In this document: piece after piece, positions 1 to 12,429 of the stretch
How the letters are laid out: each line of letters begins with the position of its first letter
Numbering within the stretch: position 1 is the stretch's first letter
Assembly (NCBI RefSeq): GCF_018350175.1
Contig: NC_058383.1
Coordinates: forward strand, 3,534,001-3,598,000
Reading direction: 5' to 3'
DNA: 64,000 nucleotides
Source: Felis catus
Taxonomy: Eukaryota
Made by a program: the position numbers and the translations under genes
The notes under the pieces: generated by a model
Told to the model about the DNA's origin: nothing
Databases searched by the model: none
What the model saw: only the letters and a program-made list of their open reading frames with translations

Positions 1-639
1 ACTTGCCGTGGGAGAAGCGGTCATCAGCCCCCAAAAGGGCCCCCTCCGCCCGTCAGCAGAAGCAAGCCACCGGCCCCTTCCTGAGAGAGCAGCGCCCTGC
101 GCGGCCCCGTGGCACGTGTTCTCGTAGCTACGTTTTCCTTCCTTTTTTTACATTCTTTTGACATGTTACTTGTGCCGATCGCATGAAATCCGCTAATGAC
201 CGGAAGACCTGAAAGTCTCAACAAAAGTTCTGAGCAAAAAGCTTAACCATCTGCATCGAGGGGCCGTCCCCACATGTAGAGGACGTGGCTCTGGAGCAGG
301 AGGGGTGGCGCTGGGCTGAGGGACACACCGAGGCAGCGTCGGTCCCTGGTGGGTGACTGCCGCCCACAGAAATGCAGTTCCGTCCAGGAGGAGAAGGTCC
401 GCGATCCCAGAGCCACACGGACATTCTGGACGTCACTAGGGTGGGATGGTGGCAACGTGAGCTCAAGCGATGGCTGCGTATCCAGTGATAATGAGTCCTG
501 CCATCCCTCTGCACATCCCCACGGGGACACCGTGGACCCAGCCCAAACTACCGCGACCAGAGGGGATTAGGGTGTGAAGCACCAGGGATTCCGCTAAAGT
601 CAGTGCGCTGGCCTCATGTCCACTGCGTTCTTGGTCTGC

Positions 640-696
640 TCGTCCTCATCGTCCTCCTCCTCCTCTTTGCCCTCCTCTTCCTCCTCCTCCTCCTTC
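640..696 (+). repeat. (CCT/TCC)n-rich low-complexity tract
   Basis: tcgtcctcatcgtcctcctcctcctc...ctcctcctcctccttc. Confidence 0.7.
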
Positions 697-1154
697 TGTG
701 TGATCTTTAAAACTAAAGCCATGTGAGAAGTCAGGTAAATTTGGCCAAGGATATTATCCAGGGGTTCGATATTCCTTGCTCTCTGTGATGCAAATCCTGA
801 GTTCTTAATAGGTGTTTTCAGTACCTTACAGGTAGTATTAAGTACAGAGAGGCAGTGGTAGGTGACGTCTAAACTTCTCAGGACTCGTGCTTCATTATTA
901 CAACCGAAATGGATGAATGAATCTCGGGAGCTCCTTCTGTGTGTGAGACGCTGCCTCTAGGTCAGTGGGAGGAACCCGGACTGTAAGCCGCATCCCCCCA
1001 CCCCCACCCAAGCACTTAAATATAACACGCCGAGTGAACATAAGCTCTGCATACGGTGACAAGGGGCATTTCCCAAGCATCTCCTGCGTGCCGGACGCCG
1101 TGCTGATGGTTACACGCGTTCAACCCTCCCAGGGTGCTTTGGAGATAACTATTT

Positions 1155-1460
1155 CATTCTCATCCATTCATTCATCCACTCATAGACGTTCACCGAACGC
1201 CTCCTAGGTGCCAGGCCTTGTTCTTGGTGTTGGGGGCACAGCAGTAAACGAGGTCAACTCGGTCCTTGTCCGCACGGAGTCCTGAAGGTGGAGGAGGCAG
1301 ACGGTGGTCAAGGAAGAAACGGCTAATGACAGATCACGGCGGGGGAGATGAGGAGACAGATGGGCATCGAGCACGGTGGGACGGGCTCTTCCTGGGGCCA
1401 CGTATGCTGGTACCAGAGGGCGGTGATGATAAGGAGAACAGCCTGTATTGGGTGAGCACG
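1155..1460 (-). mobile_element. L2 LINE 3' end fragment, with a probable MIR remnant just upstream
   Basis: (CATT)n-like tail catccattcattcatccactca followed by ctcctaggtgccaggcc...cacagcagtaaac, typical of an antisense L2 3' end. Confidence 0.65.
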
Positions 1461-1861
1461 CACCGGGTGCCAGAGTCTCTTCCACGTGCCTCTTCTGAGT
1501 GTGATCCACACGCCCACCTCACGACCTGGGCGCCCCTGCGGCACGTCACCCTGCCCAAGGTTACAACGGGTTAGAGTGCACGCAGTTTGGCTCCAGAGTG
1601 CACGCTCCTGGCAGCTGGCCCTCCACCGCCCTCTAGTCCAAGAAGGAGAAGCTAATCCAAACACGGGGGCCTCCGGTGAGTGAGGCAGGAAGCAGGAGAA
1701 AAGCTCACGGTTGGCACCAGAATTCAATGAAATAGCTCCTAGGAAGCTAAGAACAGATGAGAAGTTACTTGTTTATTTTAACTTAATAGAGGAGATCTCC
1801 CCCAGAATCCAGGAGCAAAGATCATTCTTAAGGGTGGCACTTTAGAAGCACCCCCAGGATT

Positions 1862-2074
1862 GGGCCACCAGGGTGCCTCAGTCGGTTAAGCATCCCATTC
1901 TGGCTCCGGTCATGATCTCGCGTTCATGGGTTCAGTCCCCACGTCGGGCTCTGTGCCAACAGCCCAGAGCCTGGAGCCTGCTTCTCCCTCTCTGTCTCCC
2001 TCTCTCTCTGCCCCTCCCCTGCCCAGTCTCTACCTCTGTCTCTCAAAGAAATAAAACAAAACCTTAAAATTAAA
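1862..2074 (+). mobile_element. CAN-SINE (feliform SINEC_Fc-like) with target-site duplication
   Basis: tRNA-like head gggtgcctcagtcggttaagc, gtcatgatctc, CT tract, A-rich tail; TSD agcacccccagga at 1847-1859 and 2077-2089. Confidence 0.93.
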
Positions 2075-3610
2075 GGAGCACCCCCAGGACAGCCGGGGCC
2101 ACAGCAGGGTCGCCCGCCACTTTTCCAGCTGTGGAACCAGGGTGCAGAGAGGCCGGGAGACAGGCCTGCAGTCGCGGACCAGCCACAGCAGGGCGAGCCC
2201 CCGTCTCGGCGGGGCTTGAAGGAAGAGTGTCCTGTGCCGGCCGACAGAAGCAGTGTCATCCCGTCCCACCATCTTCAGCGGGAGAGCAACATGAAAACAG
2301 GGCTAGAGGAAGACTCTTCTGACCGTGGGTCCAACAGTAGTTACCTCGCAGAACAAGCAGAATCCTTCCTCTAGGCATCATTACCCAGACCCCACTCGCG
2401 AGCCGGACGGAAGTGGGGCCGCTGTTGGCTGACGCAGGGGGTGTGGGGACCCCGGCCTCCGAGAGGGCCCCTCGGAGCCTCCCAGGCTCCACGGGGCTTG
2501 GTTTGAAGCCCACAGGTTTCTAGGCTGGCCTGGGAGGGAGGACAGTGGACCGGCTCAGAGGCGGTGAGGGCTTTGCCTGCTAGTAGCGGAGGAAGTGGGC
2601 CACACCTCCCCTCCTAAGGGACGAGAGGGGCAGAGCCCAGGGTCACACTACTCTCCAGGTCTGGGAGACAGACACCAGGGCATCCACAGGAGCGGTCCAG
2701 CCGAGGACCAGACGAAGACAGTGTCCTCTGCACAGAAGTTTGTCCTGAGTCCTAGTCTTGGGCGACGTACGGAGCTCAGCACACCAGCCCCGTCAGCACG
2801 GAACTGCTCGATGTGGGGGAAGGAAAGGAGGAAAGAAAGGACGGTGGTGGTCCAGAGGTGGCAGCCAGCAGTGTGCCGTAAATCCTTGCCGGGGGCTGGG
2901 AGGGGACGTTTCCCCGCCTTGGACAGTTGGCATTATCTCGGTCTTAGGTGCAGTGGACGGGGTGGCCTCATGACAAGGTCTTCCTCCAGCCCTGGCCGGG
3001 CCATTTACAGCCCTCTGGCAGCGGGCAAGGGACTTAACGGGACTGGGCCTCTATTTACCCATCCTTGAAACGGGAATCACCACGAATGCGCCCCACAGGG
3101 CTGCCGTGCAGTTAACCGGGGCGAAGCTGGTGCCGCGTCCGGCTGCATAAACAGGGATGAGGGGCGGGGAGGGGGGGCCCGGCCAGCGCCGACCTGCACA
3201 AAGGAACACGTACGGGTGAGCAAGGATGTGGTTAGGCGGAGCGGTTTCACGCTCTGAATGGTGTGAGGGATGTGGTAATTAGCTCCTCCTGAAGAATTCC
3301 GAGTCCCTCAGAGAGCATTGGTTTCCTCTGCAGGAGAGGGTCTAATTATAGGAGGTGGTGGTTCCCCCCCTCCCCCGCCGGAGGAGCCCAAAGCAAAACC
3401 GCCTTCCCGGCCAGGGAGTTCCGGGCTCCCCTCCTGTCTGGAAATCCCTCCCAGACAGACAGAGCTGCAGTCTGAGGGCCCCTCCCCGGGCAGGACTCAC
3501 TCCCTGGTCCCCGGCACGTCTTGCTCCAGCTGCCCACTCACTCCGGCCGGAGCCCCGGGGCAGGGGGCAGAGGGGAAGGGCTCAGGACTCAGCCTTCTTC
3601 CGTGTTTCAG

Positions 3611-3714
3611 GCTGAGGCCCTTCACCTCCTACAAGCTGCGCCTGAAAGCCACCAATGACATCGGGGACAGTGACTTCAGTGCGGAGACGGACGCCGTCAC
3701 CACGCTGCAAGACG
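3611..3714 (+). CDS. SDK1: SDK1 exon A (104 nt), C-terminal part of an FN3 domain
   Basis: tttcAG|G...GACG|GTgagc; (R)[34 protein letters not shown]; phase 2 to 1. Confidence 0.96.
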
Positions 3715-5914
3715 GTGAGCCGGCCGGGCCCCCGGCGGGTGCGGACGCTGGCCCCTTCCCGGCTGCCACCTTTGGGCACCAAGACACGGGCTTGCAGAGA
3801 GAGGCCCCGCTTTCATCTGGAGCCAGGAAGGGGTCACCCGCGGGAGGGAGGGCGGTGGCGGGAGCAGTAGAATTCAGTCAGCAACACGCGGCTCCCAGCT
3901 CTCCGTACAGCCTGTGGCCGTGAAGCCGACTTCAAGGGCTTCCAGATGGAACGGGGGTTTCTTTGATTGGCTTCCAAACCTCTTCGACCCATCAGCAACC
4001 CAGAAATTGAATAATTTATGGAGTCATTAAAAATAAATGTCGCAGGGCGGCTGGGTTTTCGGAGGTGTCCCCATGTTTTTCTCATCCACAAACCACTCCC
4101 CAGTCTTGCCATTTGGCAAAAGCACACCGGTAAGCCATGGCGGATGGGGGCGAGGTCCCCTAAAAGCTCCAGGCGGTCTTGACCCGCTCCCTCCCCCCTC
4201 GGAGGAGCGGGGCTGAAGAGCTGGTGTGATTTTGTGTGCGGATCCCGCCGGGCCCCGGCCAGAGCCGCGGCATCGGTGTAGGTCCCGCCGGGGGCGCCGC
4301 CCCCGCGGTCAGGCCCGCTTTCAGTGCTGCAGCCCTCGTCCCAGGCCGCAAGCCTGAGCTCTCCACTCGCCCAGCAGCAGCGCTGGGTTCCTTCCCAGAG
4401 TTTCTGTCTTCCTCTTTTATGGCCTGGGAGCTTAGCTTCACCGGCATGCGGCCTCGGTGCCCTGGAGGACCGGCACCGGCAGAGGCGTTCCGGGACCCTT
4501 CCGGAAGCACGCCCAGGGGGCCCATGGCCTGAACAGGCCCCTCAAAAAGCTGGTCATCTCTCTGGCTCCTATTTTAATCTTACGTTGAACACAACTCAGG
4601 TGCTATTTGAGACGAAGCATTGATTCTTGGCAAAAAGAAGCAAATAGAGCAAGCTGATTTTGTAGGGAGTCTCAGGAAATTGCAAGCCAGTGAGCAGGAC
4701 CCCGCGGCCTCCCTTACGGGGCTCAGTCAGAACTGGCCTGTTCTGAAAAGAAAAAAACATTCAGGGGCCTCTCCCAGGCTCCCGAAGGCCTGTTTCAATC
4801 CTTTGATATTCAAATCATTTCTTTTGAGGCACCTGTCCTGTTGTCTTCCTCTTCTGAGTTCTGCAGTTTTCTCTTTGCAGTTGGTTCGCATTGTGTTTGC
4901 ACTGTATTGTCTCCAGAACCACAGATCTGCTGAGACTCTCAGACTCGAGGGCTTGGGAGCCCTGGGCCAGGGGCAGGGGTTTTCAACATGTGGATGGTTT
5001 GCTGAGAAACGTTTTCTTACTCTGGTGGTTGGGCTGTTGAGCACCCCCCCCCCCCACCGAAATTGTAATCGGGTGTGATCCAGAAAGCTGGATGAGGGTC
5101 ACCACCGACTTAAGACAGACCAGCAAGAGGCCAGAGAGCAGGGTGGAGAGAGCTCCCCAGAAGGCAGGATGGGGGGCTGGAGGTGTGGCTGATGTCCCAG
5201 GGGCTGGGTGCCCCGGCAGGTACAGAGCAGGCTCACAGAGCAGGTGACCCGGGGACCAAGATTTGGCTAGTCACGTGGGACGGGGTGGGGACAACAGCCT
5301 AAATCATTCCAGTCAGTGACCATTCGTGAACACTTAACGCACGGCCTCAGGATCTCACAGCGGTGGACATGGCGGACAGCTGCAGGGTTTTAGTTCCCGG
5401 CGTGTAGGGCCACGTCCACGGGCAGACGACCCTCAGCCACTAGCAGTCACACCCCTCCGTGACAGTCACATTCGCGCGTGAGCACGGGAGCACTCTGGCC
5501 TGGCCCGATCTTTTGTCCTGTTCAGAGCCACTCTGACCTACGCACCTCAAAAAATTGATGGCTCTCCCCGAGGGAGGTGTTGTGGGCCCCTGAGAAGATG
5601 TGGAACCAGCAGGAAGGCTCCCTGGGCAGGGTTCCCAAGGAAGAGAGCCTCACGCGCCCTGCGTCTCTGTGTGGGTCCGCCTGGGGGTAAGGGCAGGGCA
5701 CTATCCGGTCCCTTCTTTCCCGTTTGCAGTTGGGTGGGGAAGGGCATCCGCAGGGAAGGGAGGGAGGTGGGGCTGCTGGCTGGCCCGCTTCCCAAGCCCC
5801 GGCCAGGCCCCGGCCCTGCGTCCTCGCCAGCACCAGGAGAGGGCTGGCTCCAGGACAGTGGCCAAGTACAGCCCGGACCAGCTAACCCTGGCTTTCTTCT
5901 TTCTTGGATTCCAG

Positions 5915-5985
5915 TTCCAGGAGAGCCTCCCAGTTCCGTCTCGGTGACACCGCACACGACCTCCTCCGTTCTGATCCAGTGGCAG
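5915..5985 (+). CDS. SDK1: SDK1 exon B (71 nt), FN3 start
   Basis: Branch-like gctaac at 5881, pyrimidine tract, ccAG|TT...CAG|GTaagg; (V)PGEPPSSVSVTPHTTSSVLIQWQ; phase 1 to 0. Confidence 0.95.
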
Positions 5986-8900
5986 GTAAGGGCCAGGGAA
6001 TCACAGGGTATTTCCTACGCCACTGTCGGAGGCCCGGGCCCCTCGTCAGGGTCGCCGGTCAGAGGAAACAGCCTGGTTGGCATGCAGACGGGGCCGCAGT
6101 GCACGGGTCTCCCTGATGGCCACGCGTGTGGGAATGAGCTTGAACGCAGCTCACCGGGGAGGGCCAGCAGGACGGCAGGGCTGGTGCCCAGCGTCAGGGC
6201 GGAATGTTCCAGGCATCTGGAGAAGGGTGGCCCAGCGAGGCCTCCATGGCACGTACAGAACTGGGTGGCGTCCTACAGGGCAGTGAAACCATAGCCTGTG
6301 GAGGTGTCTTTTCTACAAGAATCATTTGCAACCAGACAAGATACCCGCGGGGAGTCGTCCCTACTCCCAGGTCTGAATCTTCAGTGAGCAGTGAGTCAAA
6401 TGAAGGCACGCTATCCTACATAATCAAATAATCTTGGGCTGCTAAACAGCGCTGTATTAGGACATAGAAAGGACACTGTGCCCTCTCTATGCCAAATTGG
6501 AAAATTTCGGTGCTTTTGCTAACAATACCATGCATCGAGAACAAAAATAACAGAGGGGCAGAAGTGCCGAGGAACCGACCAGGTCTGAGGGAGAGGGCTC
6601 ACCAGGCAGGGGGTCGGGTTCACGAGCCGGGCTGGAGCCGGGCCGGGCAGGGGCCCAGGGCAGTGGTGAGCACGTCGTGGGGGCTCTGGCCAACGAGGAG
6701 GTTCCTGAGGCCAGAATGGGGCGGCTGTCCTGAGGAGGGGGAGGGCAGTGCCTGGAGCCGGGGGTCGTGGGGTAGGGAGGTGGGGCCCGGTGCCCTGGTC
6801 TGTGTTCGTGGCCGCAGTGAGGTGAGGTCTGCCTCCGACCGGTGGGCCGCAGAGGGGGTCTGTGCGGCGTGGGCTTCTTCCTTGAGGGGACCGTCCAGGA
6901 GAGTGCCGGCAGGAGGAGAGGGGCCGGTGTGAGGGTCTGGAGGTGAAGGCACCCAGGTGACGCCGGAACCGAGAGGAGGCCATGGTCTGGGTGTGGCCCT
7001 GGAGAGAGAGAGGCCGCGCCTTGCTGGGGGCAGAGGCTGGCACGAAGGGAGGGCTGGAAGGGATTCCTTTGGAAAGGGTGGAGACGAAGGGCAGGGGTGG
7101 GGAGGGAGAGGGGAAATGCAGAGGTGACCTTTGGGGAACCTGTCCTAAGTGGACGGCCTCCAGCAGCCGGGACGGGGCACGCTGGAGCCCAGTAAGGAGC
7201 AAGAGGGAGAGAAGCACCGAGTCGGGAGGCCCCGGAACACCAGGGTCGGGGGTGGGCGCCAGCCGCGAGGGGGCTTCCCGAACTCTCGGGTGGTGGCTCC
7301 TGACCGCCGAAGGTTCCTGCTGCCTCCCCACATGCGGCCACTCGGCACCACCCATGTGCACGTTGGCCACAACTGAGGAGTACAGCCGGGAGACCCATGC
7401 AGGCGGAACTTGGCAAGCCTCTCTCCCCGGACGAGAGCCGGACTTCCATAGCCCGGGTTCCAGTAAGCACGCGGTAGTCTCCAGGGATTGACAGAGTGGC
7501 TGTGGGCCCTTCTTCACTCTCTGCTGCTAAGTGACACCTCCCAGGGGTGAGGGAACCCTTAAAGGTGATCAGGAGATAGTTCCAGACGTCATCCGGTGAA
7601 AGTGGAAAATGGCCGCTGTGGCATTCTGTAGTTTCCAGCCTCACTGGAGGGCCTGCCTCTGGGAAGCTGCTTCCCTGGACCGCATCACGGAGCCCCCGCT
7701 AAGTGACAAAGGACTCTGGTCTACAGACCCCAGTTCACGGGGGGGACCGCCGTGACCCCAACAGGCGTCTCTGGCTCCAGGCCCCTCCTCTGTAACACTG
7801 GGAGGTCAAAGGTGACCTCCGAGGTCTCTGATGCGAGCCCCGTTAGGTGTCCACACGTCTGGCTGCAGCAGGGCCTTTGGTGGGTGGGGGGAGACGTTCA
7901 GAATGGCAGCGCAAGGTCCCGGGAGCTTCTGTGTCCCACTCTCCACTGACTCAGTCAGCCAAAAGATGGGTCTTGTCTACTGTGCTAAATTCTACCAGAA
8001 AATGAGATTGTTCTTTGTAGACGCGCCATTTGGCTTGCCAGGCGCTAGGTGGGCTCCTTTACGATCGAGGCCGCGCTGAGGCTTGGGGTGCACCCTCACC
8101 TCTACACAGCGGCTGTTGGCCCCCCGCCCTGCCCCCCACCCCACCCCCGAGCGCGCGGGGCTCCGCGCCCCTCAGTTGCGGTTGGACGGCTCCGTGGATG
8201 GTGGGTAGCTGCACCAAAGGAACTTGGCATGTGTGGCCATCGGCTGTCCCTGTTCAGAGCCCAGTAGAACAAACTAATTGCCAGAAGCCAGAGCAGGAGG
8301 TGGTCAATACGATGTATTGTAGAAATAAATGCCTGTCAACTGCCAGGCAATTGAAGTATAATTAAAATTATGAGTAATTTACTAAATTAGAGCGAAGAGA
8401 ACAAAGAGACTCCGTTTAAATATAGATTTGCATTCCAAATGAAACGTTTCACCTGTAAACCCTTTTTTTTCCCCCAGTAATTTGTTTAAAAATGCGAACG
8501 CCGCCTGTAATTTCAAGGCTGCTGACCCACTTGAGTGGCCCCTGTGTCGAATCTGTCAGGTTTCATTTTTCCTGGTAGGATAATCGATCTCTGCCTTTCA
8601 TGGGGTCCAGTGCTGTTTGAAATCTAAGGATTTGAGCATCTATTCTAGACAGCGATGGTATTGTGTCCACACCGAGTGCAGCTCATAATAGAAACGCTTC
8701 TGAATCGGTCGCAGCACTCAGGCTGGCTGTTCTGAAACTTCCGGGGGCTCCTGCAGTCTGTCACTCAAATGCGGTTGGCTTTGTGTGGCCGCAGACTTCT
8801 CTAAGTGGAGGTCGAGGCCATTTTTGAGCAGAAAAGCACCCTCTTAGGCCATAGATCATATCGTGCACGTTGGACTCAGCACATGGTGGATTCGGTGCCG

Positions 8901-10854
8901 GAACAGGCGCCTTCCTAAGAGGACAGTGAGCCCGCCTGGATAGCGGGCAGTGGGGCCTCCTCAGGACGTATCTTGGCTTTGTTCCTTTTCTCCATCACCT
9001 GCAGAGGACCGGTTCCTGCATAGGGTACTGAGCCCTCAGGGGTGGACAAGACCGAGTCAAGACCTCGAGGACCTTCTGTTTACCGGGCTGAGCCCTATGA
9101 CGCATTCGTGGGAAGACGTGGAGGGGGGCAATCGGCCCTCATCAGGGGGGCCGGGAGGGGGCTTCTGGCTGTGTCTTGCAGGATGAACGCTCCCTGCCCC
9201 CACCCCAGGTAGAAGGCAGAGGGATGGGCATCCGGGCATCACGCACAGACAGAGCAAAGGCTCAGAGGTGTGACAGCCACCGGGACTCAGCACCAGGCTT
9301 CAAAGGGAGGCGTGTCGGAACCAGGTTTTCTAGGGTCTCCCGGGCCCAAGCATCTCCCAGACAGGCGGCCAGTCCAGGATGAAACTAACCATCGATGGGG
9401 TCATCTGGGACGTCAGCAAACCCCGCTCGCTCCCACAGGCACGGAGCGAGCACCTGCTGTGACCAGAGCCCGCCACAGGTGCAGCGGGGAAATAGAAAGG
9501 AAAAGACGCAGACGTGGCCTTGCCTCCAGTCTGCGTGGAATCGCAAAGTACAGGCGCGGTGTGGTCAGGGCCGAGGGCTGGAAAAGCAGGTCTGTGGCTG
9601 AAAGGGAACCTTCTGGCCAGAGTCACAGGAGGCTCTACACAGTCTAGCCAGGCTTCTGCCTGCTAGGGATACGGGACTGAGCCTGGGAGGTTGAGCAACC
9701 GGCCCAGGCCCACACTGCTAGGAGCCAAGACTCCATTCCAGAGCCTGAACTCAGCCCATGGCTTCTGGAACTTTCTGTGTGTCGCATGGAGCTGCCCTAC
9801 TGATGCCTCCCAGGACATCCAGAGTCGTAGAGGCCTCTTTCACAAATGACAGATGGGTTTGCTCCAGACTCCAGGAATAGAAAATGTGGTTAAACCCATT
9901 TCAGCATCCCGTGCGGCAGACCCCGGAGTCTCCATGGAGCCTGCCCTTTGTGCGGCCAGGACCTGTTGCAGCCTTAAGGAGGCCACCCTCCGGGCTGCAT
10001 GGTCACCTGTCCCCTCCCCAAGCCCAGATGGCTCCTGCAGGGAGCAGCCGCCAGTGAGTCTGTTGCCACACGTGGGTCCTGCCCGGTCGCGGGTAGCGGC
10101 TGTGCCTGTAGGACGTGGGCTTGGCTCCCTCTCCTCGCACCTGAAGACCACCCTCTCCTCCTCGGCTAGAAATGCTCGTGCGCCCAGGATGAGTGGCCTT
10201 GGCCCTTCCCCTCCTCCCTCCAGCCCGGGATGTGTGTGGACACAGATGCCGTGGGCGGGGTATTTGCTGCCTGTTGGAGAACCCCATTTGGGCCCCAGGG
10301 AGGACACTTATTTTCCCGAACTCCCAACTTCCTGCTCGTTGATAATTGTGGCAAGTGAAAGCCAGTCTCCCTAAACCCCGGCTTCTCTCTCCATGAAAAG
10401 CGAATTACCCTCAAGCAATTGTGCCTCTGGCCTGTGCACCTGCACAGTCAGGTCCTGGGGCCTTTGCAGCCTTCCTGCAGAGGTCAGAGGCCAGATTACC
10501 CCTGCAGCTGTCAGCTGTCACTGTCACACTGGGGCTGTGAGGGAGGCAGCCTGCATGTGAATTAACGCGAGCTTTTCTCGTGTTCAAAAACATCCTGAAT
10601 ATACCGGGCACGCCGTGTCCCTCTGGTACAGGCCTGCGTGTATGCCGTGGCTAGCTACATCATTATGAGTTACGTGAGCTATGCCGTTGGAGAGTCTGGA
10701 CAACAGGATACTGCATCTTCCAAATCTGCCTGGTTTCTTTGGGTTGTGGGTAGCAAGGGTTGAAATAGAACAGGATTATCAGAGCATCCGAATCCCTCTG
10801 GTCCCTGGGTTCAGACAGTAAGAATTGCATTGAGAGAGTTCGGGGGCAAGGATG

Positions 10855-12429
10855 TGCTAATGTCCTGTGGCTGCCGCAACATGTTACTCCACCCCGCATG
10901 CTTCGAATGACAGAAACGAATTCTCACACGGTTCTGAAGGCCAGAGGGCCAAAGCCAAGGCGTCAGCTTCCTTCCTGGCTTCCGGTTGCTGCCGACACCT
11001 CTGGCGGTCCTTAGCTTGTAGATGTACCAACGCGTTTCTGGATCCAGTTCCGGAGCGTGTGTGTGGAGGCTTCCCCGCATCATCAAGCAATTCTCCAACA
11101 CCGGCAGGGTGTCTGGAATTGAACTTGATGCTACCTGGAGAGAGCATCAGGTCCCACGAGATAAGGGCTCGGTCGCACAAGGCTGTCCCCCGCTTCCGAG
11201 GCCAGTCACGAGTGCCAGGTGATGGTCTGTGCTTCTGACCTGTCGGCTTTCAGTCAGGTTCCCACAGCCCCCTCCTCGGGTTTGACTAGAGCAGCTCCCA
11301 GAACTCAGAGAAGCATTTTACTTATGAGCTGCCAGTTTATTGTGAAAGGGTAGAGCTCAGGAACAGCCAGGTGGGAGAGGTGCCAAGGGCCAGGTGTGGG
11401 GGAGGGCACGGAGCTCCCAGGCTCTCTCCACGTGCTCCCCTCTCCCCAAATCTTAGCATGTTTACTGACTCAGGAGCTCTCCGAACCCCATCTTCTAGGG
11501 TTTTATGGAGGCTTCGTTACATAGTCGCCATTGGTGACTGATTGAACCTCCGGTCCCTCTCCCCTCCCCGGAAGTCGGGGGGAAAGGTCCCCCCTGCTCC
11601 CCCCGGAAAGTTCCCACCCTCTGATCACACTTCCCTGGGTGAGGTCCAAGTGTCACCTCATTCATATGACAAAAGACACCTCTCTCGCTCTGGACAAAGA
11701 CATGTATATGAGAAGCAGATTTTGTCCTCCTGAAGGAACAAATATTTTTCTTGAGGGTCACAATATCCCAGCACACTACTCCAGTCTCTGCTTCCTTGCA
11801 CACACGAGGCTCTCCCTGTGTGTCCAAATTTCTCTCCTCTTATAAGGACCTTTGTGTCGTCTCAGTATTTATCAAATGATTGCTGGATTCTAAATTGCTT
11901 CCTAAAATATGCTTTGTCTTCAACTTTACCGAGTAGATAATGTTGAACGCTCAGGCTCCCTGTGTGAATTAACCATCGTAATACCTATTCATCAGTCCAA
12001 AGTGCACGATTACATCTGCAAGCAGTTTTGCTGCCAGTGACCTTCAGGCTTGAAGGTCGTCTTGTTGTCTTTGGGTGTCACTGAAAAGACCCAGAGATAC
12101 TTTGTTTTGGGGTTTGGGGGGACTGGTAGCCTTAGCTTGTATCTGTAGGACTCAGGACTACATATCTGCAAACATTTATGTAGGGTAGATTTCTAAGAGC
12201 GTAATCGCTGGATTAAAAAGCAAGTGCATTGAAAACTTTGATAAGTAAAGCCAAAGTGCCCTCCAAAAAAGAAACCAGTCATTGGATTGGGGCCCTCCCT
12301 ACTGCAATATGACCTCCTCTCACCTTCACCATCTTCAGAGACCCTATTTCCAAAGAAAGCGGCATCCACAGGTAATGGGGGTTAGGATACCAACGTGTCT
12401 TTCTGGGGGACACAGTTCAACCCACCACA
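10855..12429 (-). mobile_element. MLT1 (MaLR) solo LTR in three pieces: ~10855-11022, ~11771-11849, ~12274-12429
   Basis: MLT1-type motifs in colinear order: ggctgccgcaac..ttctcacacggttctgaaggcc; tccaaatttctctcctcttataaggac; accagtcattggatt..gaccctatttccaaa..gggacacagttcaacccaccaca. Confidence 0.8.
11023..11770. mobile_element. MER21-like ERV LTR nested in MLT1
   Basis: Recalled MER21 motifs: aagcaattctcc, cagaactcagagaagcattt, agctctccgaacccc, ggttttatggaggcttc, aaagttcccaccctct, cacaatatc end. Confidence 0.75.

Noticed and set aside
812..838. ttttcAG-taccttacAG|GTagta as a micro-exon or recursive splice site
   Set aside because: A 10-nt exon would shift the frame, the donor is weak, and nothing else supports it
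1862..1950. tRNA-like sequence
   Set aside because: Head of a tRNA-derived CAN-SINE with CT tract, A tail and TSD; the same applies to the other five copies
6487..7644. 385-aa and 332-aa minus-strand ORFs
   Set aside because: Pro/Arg/Ser-rich with no recognisable domain; overlapping long ORFs in several frames are expected in GC-rich DNA with few stops
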